From Candidatus Latescibacterota bacterium (lineage in GTDB: Bacteria > Latescibacterota > UBA2968 > GCA-2709665): 64,000 nucleotides of DNA. Position numbers and translations under genes: made by a program. How positions within the stretch are numbered: position 1 is the first letter of the stretch; each line of letters starts with the position of its first letter. The stretch is from positions 4,512,001 through 4,576,000 of the forward strand of contig OZ252100.1 of assembly GCA_965248435.1 (NCBI GenBank). Direction: 5' to 3'. Below, piece after piece: positions 37,199 through 47,592 of the stretch. The notes beneath the pieces were generated by a model. It saw nothing but the letters and a program-made list of their open reading frames with translations. It was not told the DNA's origin and searched no databases.

Positions 37199-38485
37199 AT
37201 GAAAGGATCTTACAGACGGATTCGCGCCCTCTTCCCGGATCAACTGGGTCTGGCACGAGGAAAGTACGTTCCCGCAGCCCTCGCCAAACAGGGGGTGCGG
37301 CAATGCATCACGCTGTTTGCCACGGCGCTGGACAGGACGTTGACACCTGCCCCAGGAGCCGGAATGTTGGAAGGTCTGCCGGATTGCGAGCTTACCTTTT
37401 CGGCGGAGGATGTCAAACCATCCTGGGAACAAGACACTGGCGTTGTGGTGGGCGATTTGCAATTCCAGGGTAAGCCGCTGGCCATCTCCTCGCGACTGGC
37501 GTTACGGAGAGCGGTCGACGATTGGCAGGCACTGGGTTACAAAGTGAAGATCGGCATTGAATTCGAAGCTTTCGTGCTTCAGCGTGATGGCAGCGGAGAG
37601 TGGACCGAATGGGACACACCCGGGGCTTACGTTTACGGCACGGGAACAGCCGTCGATCCGATCGGTCTGATGGACGAAATTATGCAAACTGCCGAGGCGT
37701 GCGAACTTCCCGTCGAGTCGGTAAATTCGGAGTACGAGACGCCCCAGTTCGAACTGACTTTGCGCTACGGTGATGCACTCGAAGCGGTTGACAATGCCTT
37801 TTTGTTCAAGTTGATGGCGAGAGAATTGGCGGCAAAGCACGGCCTGTTGCTCACGACCCTTGGCAAGCCCTTGGGAGATCGGGGCGGCAGCGGTCTTCAC
37901 ATCAATTTTTCGCTCGAGGACGGTAAGGGAAACAACCCGCTCTCTGATCCAAAATCTGCGGATGGTCTATCACAAATTGCTCACTACTGTATCGGTGGTC
38001 TTGTGGAGCATCACGAAGGCATGACGGCCTTGCTTGCGCCAACGGTCAACGCATACAAACGACTGTGTCCGGGACAGCTCGTTGGCTACTGGGCAAACTG
38101 GGGGTATGACCACCGCGTTGTGACAATCCGAGTGCCGGAAGAACGCGGTACTGCGACAAGACTTGAACATCGGATGGGTGACGGAGCTGCGAATCCGTAT
38201 CTCGCCACTGCCGCGGTGCTGCAGGCAGCGCGGTTGGGTGTGGCTAACGAGCTCCAGCCGTCGGCCGCCGAAGAACAGGACGGCCTTGAGAACGTGAGCA
38301 CAGATCGTCACGTTCCTGACGATCTTAACCTGGCGCTGGACGCACTCGAAAGAGACCGTGAATTGGTGGAGGCAATCGGTCAGGAGCTGGTCGATAACTT
38401 CGTCGCCAACAAGAGATTCGAGTGGGAAAAGTTCGCGGCCGCCGTAACGGATTGGGAACTGCGCTACTATCTGCCTTTCTATTAG
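37199..38485 (+). CDS. Glutamine synthetase-like gamma-glutamyl-amine ligase (PuuA-like)
   Basis: 'GLARGK', 'GIEFE', 'SEYETPQFE', 'GSGLHINFS', 'NAYKRL', 'RLEHR..ANPY'; adjacent to a C26 hydrolase. Confidence 0.85.
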   Translation: MKGSYRRIRALFPDQLGLARGKYVPAALAKQGVRQCITLFATALDRTLTPAPGAGMLEGLPDCELTFSAEDVKPSWEQDTGVVVGDLQFQGKPLAISSRLALRRAVDDWQALGYKVKIGIEFEAFVLQRDGSGEWTEWDTPGAYVYGTGTAVDPIGLMDEIMQTAEACELPVESVNSEYETPQFELTLRYGDALEAVDNAFLFKLMARELAAKHGLLLTTLGKPLGDRGGSGLHINFSLEDGKGNNPLSDPKSADGLSQIAHYCIGGLVEHHEGMTALLAPTVNAYKRLCPGQLVGYWANWGYDHRVVTIRVPEERGTATRLEHRMGDGAANPYLATAAVLQAARLGVANELQPSAAEEQDGLENVSTDRHVPDDLNLALDALERDRELVEAIGQELVDNFVANKRFEWEKFAAAVTDWELRYYLPFY

Positions 38486-38587
38486 AAAGTGATCCACGAC
38501 CGCAGACGGCGACATGAATGGCGTGATCATAGGGGTTAGCTGTCCGCGGTCTGTGGTCATGTATGCTGGTTTTGCACGACACAAGAG

Positions 38588-39865
38588 ATGCCTGCAGTGA
38601 AAACAACCCCTCCCAAATCCGACCTCGGCGATGCCTTCGCCGACATAACCGACCCTGACATCTACGTGCAGGGCGTTCCGCACGCCACATTCAAACGGTT
38701 GCGCCACGAAGACCCGGTAAGTTGGTGGGAGGAGAAAGAGGGTTCTGGATTCTGGGCCGTGACCCGCTATGAGGACATCATCACAGTGAGCCACGACCCG
38801 GGCCTGTTCTCTAGCGCCTCTGGCATTCGCCTAGAGGAAATGGATGAGGAAGAGCTGGAGGCGCGTTGTACGCTCATGGAGGTAGACCCACCCGAGCACT
38901 CGAGGTACCGGCGTCTGGTGCAGCCACAGTTCCTGCCCGATTCAGTAAATGCATATGAGGCTGCCATCCGTCTGCAGGCACGGGCGGTGATCGATGATGT
39001 GAAGGGAGAAAGTGAGTTCGACTTCGTGGAACGCGTTGCGACGCAACTCCCTATGCGGATGTTGGGGAAACTGTTAGGGGTCTCCGACAGCGACGGGGAT
39101 TGGCTCGTTAAAATGGGTGATGCGCTGATCGGCAACATGGATCCGGAGTTTACGACTCACCCTGTCGATCTGGTGGACACGGATGAATATCGACTGATGC
39201 CATTCCGAAGTCCCGTGAGCTACGAACTGTTCGAATACGCCGAGAACCAGGCCAGAGAACGCATGGCGAATCCTGCCGAAGATTTGATTACCCGCCTGCT
39301 CCAGCCGATGCGGGATGGGAATCGGCTTTCCGAAGAGGAGTTCAAAAACTTTTTCACCTTACTCGTCGCTGCAGGAAATGACACGACGCGCTACACAATG
39401 GCCGCGGGAATGCTGGCCCTGATCAACCACTCGGAACAGATGGCTGAGTTGAGGGACAACTTGACCTTGATGTCGTCCGCGACCGAAGAAATTCTACGCT
39501 GGGGCTCGGTGACGATGCATTTTCGTCGCACGGCGACACAGGACGCTGAACTGGGTCGCAGGCACATCAAGGCGGATGACAAGGTGGTAATCTGGTTCAT
39601 CTCCGGTGACTACGACGAGCAGCAGTTTCCCGATCCTTACCGGTTCGACATCAAGCGTTCGCCGAATAACCACGTCGCGTTCGGTCTGAGAGGTCCCCAC
39701 AAGTGTCTGGGTGAGCATCTGGCTCGCCTCGAAATTAAGGTGCTCTTCGAAGAGTTGCTACCTCTTCTGGCAGACATAAGACTGGGCGGCCCCATAGAGA
39801 GGCTGCGTTCAAATTTCATTTCGGGAATCAAGCACCTTCCCGTCAAAGCGACCTGGGTTCGATAA
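38588..39865 (+). CDS. Cytochrome P450
   Basis: I-helix 'AGNDTT', K-helix 'EEILR', heme ligand 'FG..GPHKCLG'. Confidence 0.95.
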   Translation: MPAVKTTPPKSDLGDAFADITDPDIYVQGVPHATFKRLRHEDPVSWWEEKEGSGFWAVTRYEDIITVSHDPGLFSSASGIRLEEMDEEELEARCTLMEVDPPEHSRYRRLVQPQFLPDSVNAYEAAIRLQARAVIDDVKGESEFDFVERVATQLPMRMLGKLLGVSDSDGDWLVKMGDALIGNMDPEFTTHPVDLVDTDEYRLMPFRSPVSYELFEYAENQARERMANPAEDLITRLLQPMRDGNRLSEEEFKNFFTLLVAAGNDTTRYTMAAGMLALINHSEQMAELRDNLTLMSSATEEILRWGSVTMHFRRTATQDAELGRRHIKADDKVVIWFISGDYDEQQFPDPYRFDIKRSPNNHVAFGLRGPHKCLGEHLARLEIKVLFEELLPLLADIRLGGPIERLRSNFISGIKHLPVKATWVR

Positions 39866-39878
39866 CCCAAGCGAGGGT

Positions 39879-40688
39879 GTGGATATGCCCATCAGTGGAT
39901 ACACGGCCCCCCTTTCGCCCGATGGAAGGGCCGGTATCGTGCCGCCTCCGCCGTGGCACTACTCGGGTGACTTCTTGATTGTCGAATACCGAACCGATCC
40001 GGAAGCCGTCACCGCCCTGTTGCCTCCGGAACTCCAACCGGCAGACGACCCGGGTGCGGTTGCCGCCATCTTCGCGGACTGGCAATCCTGCTCGGACGAT
40101 TTTCACGAACTGGTCGACCCGATTCAGTCTCAATACAAGGAGTTTTTCATCGTGGTGGGCTGTAAATACGACGGAAAACCGGCCAGCCGCTGTGTCTATA
40201 TCTGGGTCGATAAGGACTTCGCGATGTATCGGGGCTGGATTCAGGGTTTTCCGAAGAAACTGGGCTCCATCCACATGACACGCGTGTATCCAGTGGGGAA
40301 GGCCTTCCCGGCCATCGAGGCGGGTGCCCGTTTCGGTGCAACGTGCTGCGCGAACGACCGACAGATTGCACGCGCTGTGGTTACCCTTCAACGAATTTCT
40401 GAGACAGGCCCGACGGTCAATGATCCTCCGATGCACAATACCCGTCACTTCCCGGCCTACGACGGCCTGGTCCCCGACGTTTTCGAAATGGTCAAGGCCG
40501 GCGGGTTCGACCGCGAGGTCACGGAAATTTGGGAGGGGGATGCCGAGCTGACTTTTTACCCGGATACGATAGAGGACCTGAAGGCTATTGCTCCCGAAGA
40601 GATTATCATGGGCTATCGTTTTTCCTTTGCCTACACGGTGGAGGGTGGCGAGGTCCTTGCTCAACACGACAGGGTGGTGCATCAGTGA
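39879..40688 (+). CDS. Acetoacetate decarboxylase-like family protein
   Basis: 'PPPWHYSG', 'QYKEF', 'IWVD..RGWIQGFPKKLG' with the Schiff-base Lys region. Confidence 0.85.
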   Translation: MDMPISGYTAPLSPDGRAGIVPPPPWHYSGDFLIVEYRTDPEAVTALLPPELQPADDPGAVAAIFADWQSCSDDFHELVDPIQSQYKEFFIVVGCKYDGKPASRCVYIWVDKDFAMYRGWIQGFPKKLGSIHMTRVYPVGKAFPAIEAGARFGATCCANDRQIARAVVTLQRISETGPTVNDPPMHNTRHFPAYDGLVPDVFEMVKAGGFDREVTEIWEGDAELTFYPDTIEDLKAIAPEEIIMGYRFSFAYTVEGGEVLAQHDRVVHQ

Positions 40689-41548
40689 AACGTGCCCGGA
40701 TTCTCCATGGCGGGAAGCCAGTATGGGGCGTGGTCGAGGGCGGCGTGATCAAACTCGAGACCGGGGAGTCGGTTGACGAGGATAAGGCCAAGTATCGGCC
40801 GCCTGTGGCACCCTCGAAAATAATGGCCACTCACCTCTCTTACCGCAGCCGCTGTGTCGAATACAAGATGAAAAGCATTCCCCAGTACCCTTCTTACTTT
40901 ATGGTGCCGCCGACGGCCCTTTCTTACCATACCGCTCCGATCGCCCGACCTCGCGGATGCCACTTTCTGAATTACGAAGGGGAGGTCGCCGTCGTGATCG
41001 GAAAGCAATGCGTCAACGTGCCTGTCGAGGAGGCGCTGAGCTATGTAGCCGGGTACACGATCGCCAATGATTGGGGCGTTCACGACTTCCGGCACGCCGA
41101 CCGCGGTTCGATGTTTCGGGTGAAAGGCCAGGATGGGTTTTGCCCGGTCGGTCCGGTATTGGTGGACGCGGAAGATGTCGACCCCGATGACCTGACCCTG
41201 CGCACCACGGTAAACGGCGAGGTGGTCCAGGAGGGTCATACCGGCAGCGATCTCATCTTCTCTTTCGCTTACCAGATCGCGGACATCGCCCGACTGATCA
41301 CCCTGGAACCGGGTGACCTCTTGCTCACGGGCACTCCGGCCAACTCGAGGCCAGTAGAGATCGGGGATGTAGTTGCGGTGGAAGTCAGTGGAATCGGCCG
41401 CCTGGAGAATACGGTGGTCGAGCTGGACAGGGACCTGGTGCCGATTGGCGAGCAGCCTGCCGTTACCGGGGCCACACTTCACGTCGCACTGACCATACCT
41501 GAAGACGAAGCGGAACGACGTGCCTCTGAGTTTGGCGCGGATAACTAA
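40685..41548 (+). CDS. Fumarylacetoacetate hydrolase family protein
   Basis: GTGA overlap with the upstream stop; 'YEGEVAVVIG', 'GYTIAND', 'KGQDGFCPVGP', 'LEPGDLLLTGTP'. Confidence 0.9.
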   Translation: MKRARILHGGKPVWGVVEGGVIKLETGESVDEDKAKYRPPVAPSKIMATHLSYRSRCVEYKMKSIPQYPSYFMVPPTALSYHTAPIARPRGCHFLNYEGEVAVVIGKQCVNVPVEEALSYVAGYTIANDWGVHDFRHADRGSMFRVKGQDGFCPVGPVLVDAEDVDPDDLTLRTTVNGEVVQEGHTGSDLIFSFAYQIADIARLITLEPGDLLLTGTPANSRPVEIGDVVAVEVSGIGRLENTVVELDRDLVPIGEQPAVTGATLHVALTIPEDEAERRASEFGADN

Positions 41549-41564
41549 GAAGGAAGAACAGACG

Positions 41565-42482
41565 ATGAAACTCGTAACGGCTTTGCACCACGCTGCGCTA
41601 CGCGTGGCGGACCTGGCCGAGGCCTTTGAACGGTGGTCACACCTCTACGGCTTGAACGGAGCGTGCTTTGATGACCACGCCCGTCTGCGCTGCACACACG
41701 AAGACTTTTGTCTGTTGCTGCTTCCGTCACCAAAGGAACCAGGGCTCGAGTATGTCGCCTACGAGCTCATGCCGGGCCTGACCCTGGGCGAGGCTGCGGC
41801 GGAGCTCTCCAGGCGTGGGGTGGAGGCCCGAGAGATTGGGGTCCCTGTGCGGGACAAGGGTCTGCGGCTTTCTGATGCCGACGGAAATGGCATTGTTCTA
41901 CTGGAGCGCCAAACGTCCGAGGACACGCGCCCCGCTGAAATGATCTTAACTGGGGAGGTGCCCGGCTTCCACCCGCGTCGTTTGGGTCACGTGAACTACC
42001 TGACAGAGGACGTAAAACGGGCCGAAAAATGGTACGTGGAAAAACTCAGCTTCTCAGTAACAGACTGGATTGGCGATGAGGGATTGTGGCTGCACGTGAA
42101 CCCGATTCACCACGTAGCGGCCTTCTTGCAAAAGGGATTCAACCACATTCACCACATCGCCCTTGAGCTGGTCGACTGGGGCGAGATGCGCGTCGCGTTG
42201 GACCATCTGGCAAAAAACGAGAGAAGTGTAACGTGGGGACCGGGCCGTCATGGCATGGCCCGAAACATCTTCAGTTACTTGCGTATGCCCGAGGAAGACA
42301 TCTTTGTAGAACTATACTGTGACATGCAGCAGCTGGAGATTGACCACGTGCCGTTCCGGCATCCGGACGCGCCGCATTCATCGAATACCTGGGGCATCCT
42401 GCCGCCGCGTACCTATTTCCGTTTTGATGAAGAAGCGATCCAAATGGAACGGGACCAGACTTACGCATATGCCATGCCGTAG
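41565..42482 (+). CDS. VOC-superfamily extradiol ring-cleavage dioxygenase (catechol 2,3-dioxygenase-like)
   Basis: Two VOC domains; 'RRLGHVN', 'HH', 'HHIALE', 'WGPGRHG', Tyr and Glu in 'FSY..PE..FVELY'. Confidence 0.85.
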   Translation: MKLVTALHHAALRVADLAEAFERWSHLYGLNGACFDDHARLRCTHEDFCLLLLPSPKEPGLEYVAYELMPGLTLGEAAAELSRRGVEAREIGVPVRDKGLRLSDADGNGIVLLERQTSEDTRPAEMILTGEVPGFHPRRLGHVNYLTEDVKRAEKWYVEKLSFSVTDWIGDEGLWLHVNPIHHVAAFLQKGFNHIHHIALELVDWGEMRVALDHLAKNERSVTWGPGRHGMARNIFSYLRMPEEDIFVELYCDMQQLEIDHVPFRHPDAPHSSNTWGILPPRTYFRFDEEAIQMERDQTYAYAMP

Positions 42483-42704
42483 AAATGGGTTCTTCGCCGA
42501 GTCCGATCATACTTTTGCCGGCCATCGCTGTAGGACCGGTCTCCTGACCGGGAACTGGCTTCACATTCTTCTTCTAAGGCCAGAATGCAATGCCGGCAAT
42601 CTCAGCACCTTTAACCTCGGGCCCTAGTCAACGCAATCGCCCTGTTCCCCGACTGGAGTCGGATCCTACAGTTATCGGTGCCTATTCCCATGAGAGTGGT
42701 TTTG

Positions 42705-43013
42705 ATGCCAAAATTCGTCACAGTAGCTCAGAAATCTGAAATTTCCAGCGAATCGGGACGATGCGTCGAGGTTGAGGGCAAGCGCATCGCGCTGTTCAAT
42801 CTGGGGGGCGATTTCTACGCGATCGATGACTCGTGTCCCCACGAAGGCGGACCACTCAGCGAAGGTTTCATAGAGGGCGAGGAGGTGGAATGCCCCTGGC
42901 ACGGCGCCTGTTTCAACATTAAATCGGGGGCGGTTACTGCGCCGCCGGCCTTCGAGGACGTCACCAGATTCAACGTACGGGTCACAGAGAACGATATAGA
43001 AATCGAGGTCTAA
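42705..43013 (+). CDS. Rieske [2Fe-2S] ferredoxin
   Basis: CPH-x16-CPWH ('SCPHEGGPLSEG..ECPWHG'). Confidence 0.9.
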   Translation: MPKFVTVAQKSEISSESGRCVEVEGKRIALFNLGGDFYAIDDSCPHEGGPLSEGFIEGEEVECPWHGACFNIKSGAVTAPPAFEDVTRFNVRVTENDIEIEV

Positions 43014-43055
43014 CCGGGTTCAGAAATAGATTCAGCTGTCTGGCTGGAAAATGGC

Positions 43056-43084
43056 TTGACAGCACGATCACAATTTCTTAATCT
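43056..43084 (+). promoter_or_regulatory. Sigma-70 promoter of the aromatic operon leader
   Basis: TTGACA-17 nt-TAATCT, about 30 nt upstream of the leader peptide start. Confidence 0.65.
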
Positions 43085-43114
43085 TTATTACAGAGCATCA
43101 AAAGGAGACTGAAA

Positions 43115-43219
43115 TTGAACTTGCAAACGGGCAGCACGCTCTTTTGGCGCAACGCATACGATGGGTCCTTCTGGTATTACCGGCAAGGCGCGCGGGGAGC
43201 TGTATGCCCACCTGGTTAA
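43115..43219 (+). CDS. Aromatic-amino-acid leader peptide (34 aa; MNLQTGSTLFWRNAYDGSFWYYRQGARGAVCPPG)
   Basis: AAGGAG RBS then TTG; 2 Phe, 2 Trp and 3 Tyr clustered; overlaps the antiterminator upstream of trpE. Confidence 0.75.
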   Translation: MNLQTGSTLFWRNAYDGSFWYYRQGARGAVCPPG

Positions 43220-43274
43220 CGAGGTTCTGACCGACCGATTCAGGGGCCGTGGGCATACGCTCACGGCCCTTTTT
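43202..43274 (+). terminator. Attenuator: antiterminator and intrinsic terminator
   Basis: Terminator GGGCCGTGGGC-ATAC-GCTCACGGCCC-TTTTT (43244-43274). GTATGCCCAC (43202-43211) is the exact complement of GTGGGCATAC (43249-43258). Confidence 0.8.
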
Positions 43275-43331
43275 ACGTTCATCTAAAGGCCTTGACAATG
43301 TTTTCATTCGTTTTTTCCGTAATGCTAAGCC

Positions 43332-43360
43332 GTAGAGACGCCCCGCCGGGGCATCTCTAC
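43332..43360. repeat. GTAG-type REP-like palindrome
   Basis: GTAGAGACGCCCCG-CCGGGGCATCTCTAC, a near-perfect inverted repeat with GTAG/CTAC ends. Confidence 0.65.
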
Positions 43361-43386
43361 AGGACATTCAAGGATCGGGTTGGATC

Positions 43387-44856
43387 ATGATTTCCCTCGA
43401 AAACGTTCGCGGTTTGGCTGATCGCGGAGGGTTGGTTCCGGTGTCTCGTAAGATTCTGGCTGACACCGAGACGCCTGTCTCGGCCTACCTCAAGATTCGC
43501 TCCAAAAGCCCATACGCCTTCCTGTTCGAAAGCGTGGAGGGTGGCGAGAAGATCGGTCGCTACTCGTTCCTGGGCGTCGGACCCTTTCTCATCTTCAGGT
43601 CGCGGGGCGCCGAAATCCAGGTAGAGGATCTGGAAAAGGGCGAAAAGAAGACGTTCGAAGGAGATCCGATCTCCGAATTCCGAAAGCTGTTGAAGCGTTT
43701 TCGTTCGGTACACGTGGATGGCCTGCCGCGATTTACAGGCGGCGCCGTCGGCTACGTCGGCTACGATGCGATCCGCCTGATCGAGGACATTCCAGACCAG
43801 ACGGTGGATGACATGGAACTGGACGATATCCTCTTTCTGTTCTTCGATACGCTGCTGGCGTTCGACAACATCCAACACCAGATTCATCTCATTTCGAACG
43901 TTCACACGAGTGGAAATCTGGAGGCCAGCTACCGAAGAGCGGTGGACCGGATCATCTCTCTGGAGGAGACCTTGCAGCGTCCGTCCCTGGTTACGCTTTC
44001 TAAAGGGGGGAGCGCCTGCGATGTGCGGTCAAACACCGAACCTTCGGATTATCTGGACAAGGTTCGTCGTTGCAAGGAATATATCGTTTCGGGAGACGTG
44101 CTCCAGGTGGTGCTCTCTCAACGATTTGAAACAGAAGTAACGGTAGATTCCTTAGACGTCTACAGAATGCTTCGTGTCGTGAATCCTTCACCGTATATGT
44201 TTCACCTGGATCTCAAAGACCTGCAGATTGTCGGCACGTCTCCGGAGTTGCTCGTTCGCGTAGAGGAAGGGGTCGTTCAGGTGCGCCCTATCGCTGGAAC
44301 GCGATGGCGGGGTCAGACGGAGCAGGAAGATCGTCACCTGGCCGATGAGCTGCTCGCCGACGAAAAGGAGCGGGCCGAGCACATTATGCTTGTTGATCTC
44401 GGCCGAAATGACGTCGGACGTGTGTCAGAATTCAACACGGTTCGCGTGACCGATCAGATGGTGATCGAGCGCTATTCACACGTGATGCACATCGTTTCGA
44501 ACGTGATGGGTGAACTCCGTAAGGACGTGGATGCGCTCGACGCCCTTTTCGCGTGCTACCCCGCTGGCACGGTTTCAGGGGCCCCGAAGGTTCGTGCGAT
44601 GGAGATCATCGACGAGCTCGAGCCGACCCGGCGGGGACCGTATGCTGGTGCCGTGGGTTACATCGACTTTTCTGGAAACATGGACACCTGCATCGCGATT
44701 CGAACGATGATCCTGAAAAACGGCAAGGCATACGTACAGGCAGGAGGAGGTATCGTGTTCGATTCGGTCCCCGAAAACGAATACCAGGAAACTGTGAACA
44801 AATCCCGGGCACTATTCCGAGCGGTCGAGCTGGCGGAGCGCGGGGAACTCAGATGA
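43387..44856 (+). CDS. trpE: Anthranilate synthase component I
   Basis: '[16 protein letters not shown]', 'QVVLSQR', 'NPSPYM', 'RPIAGT', '[12 protein letters not shown]', 'GAPKVRAM'. Confidence 0.97.
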   Translation: MISLENVRGLADRGGLVPVSRKILADTETPVSAYLKIRSKSPYAFLFESVEGGEKIGRYSFLGVGPFLIFRSRGAEIQVEDLEKGEKKTFEGDPISEFRKLLKRFRSVHVDGLPRFTGGAVGYVGYDAIRLIEDIPDQTVDDMELDDILFLFFDTLLAFDNIQHQIHLISNVHTSGNLEASYRRAVDRIISLEETLQRPSLVTLSKGGSACDVRSNTEPSDYLDKVRRCKEYIVSGDVLQVVLSQRFETEVTVDSLDVYRMLRVVNPSPYMFHLDLKDLQIVGTSPELLVRVEEGVVQVRPIAGTRWRGQTEQEDRHLADELLADEKERAEHIMLVDLGRNDVGRVSEFNTVRVTDQMVIERYSHVMHIVSNVMGELRKDVDALDALFACYPAGTVSGAPKVRAMEIIDELEPTRRGPYAGAVGYIDFSGNMDTCIAIRTMILKNGKAYVQAGGGIVFDSVPENEYQETVNKSRALFRAVELAERGELR

Positions 44857-45416
44857 TCCTGATGATCGATAATTACGATTCCTTCACGTATAACCTGGTC
44901 CAGTATTTGGGAGAGCTGGGGGCCGAGTTGGAGGTCCATCGCAACGATCAGATCTCACTTCAGGAAGTGGAAAGCCTTGCGCCAGAAAAGGTTGTGATCT
45001 CGCCCGGCCCGTGTACGCCGAACGAGGCGGGAATCTCAGTGGAATTGATTCAGGTGTTTGCAGGCCGGTTTCCCATTCTGGGGGTCTGTTTGGGACACCA
45101 ATCGGTCGGTCAGGCCTTCGGGGCCGACATCGTCGGCGCACCCACAATTATGCACGGCAAGGTTTCGGAGATATACCACGACGACAGGACGGTTTTCAAG
45201 GGTCTTTCGCAGGGCTTCGTTGCCACCCGCTATCACTCCCTTGTCGTGGATAGAGAAACACTGCCGGACTGTATGGAGGTCTCGGCCGAAACGTCGGAGG
45301 GAACAATCATGGGCGTTCGACATAAAAAGCTGCCCGTCGAGGGCGTCCAGTTCCACCCAGAGTCGATCCTGACTGGTGAAGGGAAAAATCTCCTTCGAAA
45401 TTTCTTGGAGGCCTGA
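44853..45416 (+). CDS. trpG: Anthranilate synthase component II (glutamine amidotransferase)
   Basis: ATGA overlap with trpE; '[12 protein letters not shown]', 'SPGPC', 'GVCLGHQ', 'QFHPES'. Confidence 0.95.
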   Translation: MILMIDNYDSFTYNLVQYLGELGAELEVHRNDQISLQEVESLAPEKVVISPGPCTPNEAGISVELIQVFAGRFPILGVCLGHQSVGQAFGADIVGAPTIMHGKVSEIYHDDRTVFKGLSQGFVATRYHSLVVDRETLPDCMEVSAETSEGTIMGVRHKKLPVEGVQFHPESILTGEGKNLLRNFLEA

Positions 45417-45426
45417 GGGGATAGAA

Positions 45427-46440
45427 ATGGACATGCAGGCAGCAATTGCTAAAGTGATAGAGGGTGAGGATCTCACTCGCGGAGAAACCGTCGCAGTGAT
45501 GGACCAGATTATGTCCGGGAAGGCGACCGAGGCACAGATTGGTGCGTTTCTGGTAGCGCTCCGCCTTAAAGGGGAGACGGTGGATGAGATCGTTGGCGCT
45601 GTTGAAGTGATGCGTGAAAAAGCAACTCCAATAGAGACAAGTCACGACATCGTCGTCGATACCTGCGGGACGGGTGGCGACCGTTCAGGTACATTCAATA
45701 TCTCCACAACGGCCGCCTTTGTGGTTTCCGGCTCAGGATTATGCGTAGCGAAACACGGAAACCGCGCGGCATCGAGCCAATGCGGAAGTGCCGACGTGTT
45801 GAAGGCGCTCGGTGTGAACATCGAAGCAACACCGGAGAAGGTTGGCGCGTGCCTGGACAAGGTAGGTATCGGGTTCTTGTTCGCGCCCGCGCTGCACGGA
45901 GCCATGAAGCACGCCATCGGCCCGCGCCGTGAGATCGGCATTCGCGTGATCTTCAATGTCCTCGGGCCGCTAACGAATCCTGCGGGCGCACGTCGGCAGC
46001 TGATTGGGGTTTACGACAGTGATTTGACCGAGACGCTGGCCGAGGTGCTTGGGCAGCTCGGATCTGAGCGGGCCCTCGTGGTACACGGTCTGGATGGGTT
46101 GGACGAGATTACGCTGACGGGTCCAAGCCGAGTATCTGAGCTAAAAGACGGAGACGTAAAGAGCTACGAGGTTGCGCCGGAAGATTTCGGGCTTTCGCGG
46201 AGCAGCGCGGAAGATCTAAAAGGGGGAGATGCCGAGACGAACGCCGATATCCTCCGGTCCGTGCTGGTCGGTCAGAAAGGTCCGACACGGGATGTCGTCC
46301 TCCTGAATGCTGCCGCGGCCCTCGTCGCGGGCGGGAGAGCAGAGGATATCTCAACGGGGGTCGAGATTGCTGCGGGAGCGATCGATTCTGGAATGGCTAT
46401 GCAGAAGTTGGAAGGCCTGATTGCGGAAAGTAACACTTAA
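45427..46440 (+). CDS. trpD: Anthranilate phosphoribosyltransferase
   Basis: 'DTCGTGGD', 'FNIST', 'KHGNR', 'GPLTNP', 'GLDE'. Confidence 0.97.
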   Translation: MDMQAAIAKVIEGEDLTRGETVAVMDQIMSGKATEAQIGAFLVALRLKGETVDEIVGAVEVMREKATPIETSHDIVVDTCGTGGDRSGTFNISTTAAFVVSGSGLCVAKHGNRAASSQCGSADVLKALGVNIEATPEKVGACLDKVGIGFLFAPALHGAMKHAIGPRREIGIRVIFNVLGPLTNPAGARRQLIGVYDSDLTETLAEVLGQLGSERALVVHGLDGLDEITLTGPSRVSELKDGDVKSYEVAPEDFGLSRSSAEDLKGGDAETNADILRSVLVGQKGPTRDVVLLNAAAALVAGGRAEDISTGVEIAAGAIDSGMAMQKLEGLIAESNT

Positions 46441-46442
46441 TG

Positions 46443-46620
46443 CCGTGGATCGTGGATCGACGTTCGTGGATCGTGAAAAGACCGGGTACCGGGTATCATA
46501 AGAGATCGGCGGTGTAGGGGCGACGCACGCGTCGCCCGGGGGAAAGCAAAATACGGGTACCGGGGTTCGGGTAAGAGATCGCGGATCGCGGATTTCGAAT
46601 TGGGGATTGCGGAATCGAAT
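46443..46620. repeat. Composite repeat copy (REP hairpin within ACCGGGT 7-mers) with extra CGTGGAT/GCGGATT 7-mer runs
   Basis: GTAGGGGCGACGC-AC-GCGTCGCCC at 46514-46537, flanked by ACCGGGTACCGGG and AAAATACGGGTACCGGG as in the copies at 24949 and 60886. Confidence 0.75.
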
Positions 46621-46793
46621 GCAGAACAGATGGATCACTTTATCGACAACCCCCCTGAATCCCTGAGTGCGGAGGCTGTAAGTTCGTTTTGGATCGCGCG
46701 TCCGTATATCGAAGGGTCGGGCATAGCGAGCATTAGTCGTCAACTTCCGTGGATCGCGGGGGATGGCGGGCAAATTCCAGGAAGATTGATAAC

Positions 46794-47585
46794 GTGGGTG
46801 GAATTCTAGACGAAATTATCGAGTACAAGCGAGCGTTCGTCTCGGAGGCCCGCAAGCAGGTGTCGATCGAGGAAATGGCACAAACGGCCGCGAGTCGCCT
46901 GCCAGGTTCTTCTTTCGCGGGGAGCCTTACGGCCAGTGAGGACGTTGCAGTGATCGCCGAGGTGAAGAAGGCGTCGCCCTCCCGGGGGGTTATTCGGGCC
47001 GATTTCGATCCGGTGGCGATCGCGAAGACCTATGCGTCACAGGGGGCGTCGGCCATTTCTGTCCTAACAGACGAAAAGTACTTCCAAGGATCGGCGGGCG
47101 ACCTGAGCCTTGTGCGCAAAGCGGTCAATATTCCAGTGCTTCGTAAGGATTTCGTCGTTGACGCCTACCAGGTTTACGAGGCGAGGCATTTGGGTGCCTC
47201 TGCTGTCCTGCTGATCGTCGCCGCCCTATCGGCCGGCGAACTAGGGAATTTCATCGATCTGTGCAGGGAAGTCCGGATTGATGCCCTGGTCGAGGTGCAC
47301 ACCGAAGCGGAACTCGAGGTCGCTCTCAGGGCGGAGGCAAAGATCATCGGGATCAACAACAGAGATCTCAGGACCTTTGAGACCGATCTGCAGACGACGA
47401 TGACGGTCGTAAAAAAGATTCCCAGCGGGACGATTGTGGTGAGCGAAAGTGGGATCTTTACCAGGGATGACGTGCTTAAGGTGCAGGATGTCGGCGTGGA
47501 TGCGGTGCTGATTGGAGAGGGTTTGATGCGGGAGGCCGATATGGGTGCGAAACTTCGTGAATTGCTGGGACGGCAGGCCGCGTGA
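46794..47585 (+). CDS. trpC: Indole-3-glycerol phosphate synthase
   Basis: 'IAEVKKASPSRG', 'SVLTD..F.G', 'LRKDF', 'GINNRDL', 'VSESGI'. Confidence 0.97.
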   Translation: MGGILDEIIEYKRAFVSEARKQVSIEEMAQTAASRLPGSSFAGSLTASEDVAVIAEVKKASPSRGVIRADFDPVAIAKTYASQGASAISVLTDEKYFQGSAGDLSLVRKAVNIPVLRKDFVVDAYQVYEARHLGASAVLLIVAALSAGELGNFIDLCREVRIDALVEVHTEAELEVALRAEAKIIGINNRDLRTFETDLQTTMTVVKKIPSGTIVVSESGIFTRDDVLKVQDVGVDAVLIGEGLMREADMGAKLRELLGRQAA

Positions 47586-47592
47586 GGACGGT

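Noticed and set aside
43085-43330. T-box riboswitch upstream of trpE
   Set aside because: No T-box consensus (GGTGGTACCGCG-like) before the terminator; the leader-peptide model explains the structure.
46600-46809. Short ORF beside the REP copy as a RAYT transposase remnant ('HFIDNP')
   Set aside because: Only faint resemblance to the YI..NP motif and no HUH motif.
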